This document shows, piece after piece, positions 63,998 through 64,000 of a stretch of 64,000 bases of DNA. A program made the position numbers and the translations under genes. Origin of the DNA: a virus (taxonomy: Duplodnaviria > Heunggongvirae > Uroviricota > Caudoviricetes). The notes under the pieces are model-generated. The model was not told the origin of the DNA. It searched no databases and saw nothing but the letters and a program-made list of their open reading frames with translations. The stretch's first letter is position 1. Each line of letters opens with the position of its first letter. The DNA is taken from positions 108,581 to 172,580 of the IMG/VR virus record IMGVR_UViG_3300022562_000051. The stretch is one strand, 5' to 3'.

Positions 63998-64000
63998 ATT

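Overview
This window reads as a contiguous piece of a large T4-like (Tevenvirinae-style) myovirus genome. Essentially all genes are on the + strand with tight or overlapping junctions. The recognisable T4-type replication/recombination core is a family-B DNA polymerase (gp43-like), UvsX, a gp41-like DnaB helicase, a gp61-like primase, an ATP-dependent DNA ligase, flavin-dependent thymidylate synthase ThyX, a class II (B12-type) ribonucleotide reductase, a RuvC-like resolvase and a MazG-like pyrophosphatase. Two large sugar/glycan biosynthesis islands are interleaved with this core. Island 1 (about 2.4-8.7 kb) holds a GT2 glycosyltransferase, a LicC/IspD-like nucleotidyltransferase, a cupin, a RuBisCO large-subunit-like protein (RLP), two methyltransferases and a glycerophosphodiester-phosphodiesterase-like enzyme. 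Island 2 (18.1-22.6 kb) is a complete rmlB-rmlA-DegT aminotransferase-rmlC-rmlD-like operon inserted directly after the helicase gene. Further sugar genes lie at 38.9-44.1 kb (TPR/FkbM-methyltransferase fusion, TylF-like O-methyltransferase, UDP-glucuronate-decarboxylase-like SDR). A lysis cassette at 32.2-33.6 kb has a GH19-type endolysin, a 2-TM holin candidate and an i-spanin with a fully embedded lipoprotein o-spanin. The last ~4 kb is a very dense tRNA array of about 37 tRNA genes plus several aberrant tRNA-like elements. It is preceded by sigma70-like promoters and a leader-ORF/alternative-hairpin/terminator arrangement. All tRNA calls were folded by eye and need tRNAscan-SE/ARAGORN confirmation. 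The most novel candidates are the phage-encoded RLP inside a glycan locus, the unusual tRNAs (T-arm-less tRNA-like paralogs, a possible UAA-anticodon or 9-nt-loop tRNA, Leu-anticodon tRNAs without a long extra arm, and a tandem 46-bp 3'-half duplication), and a promoter-driven ~500-nt noncoding region with repeated GATTCAGCAA motifs.
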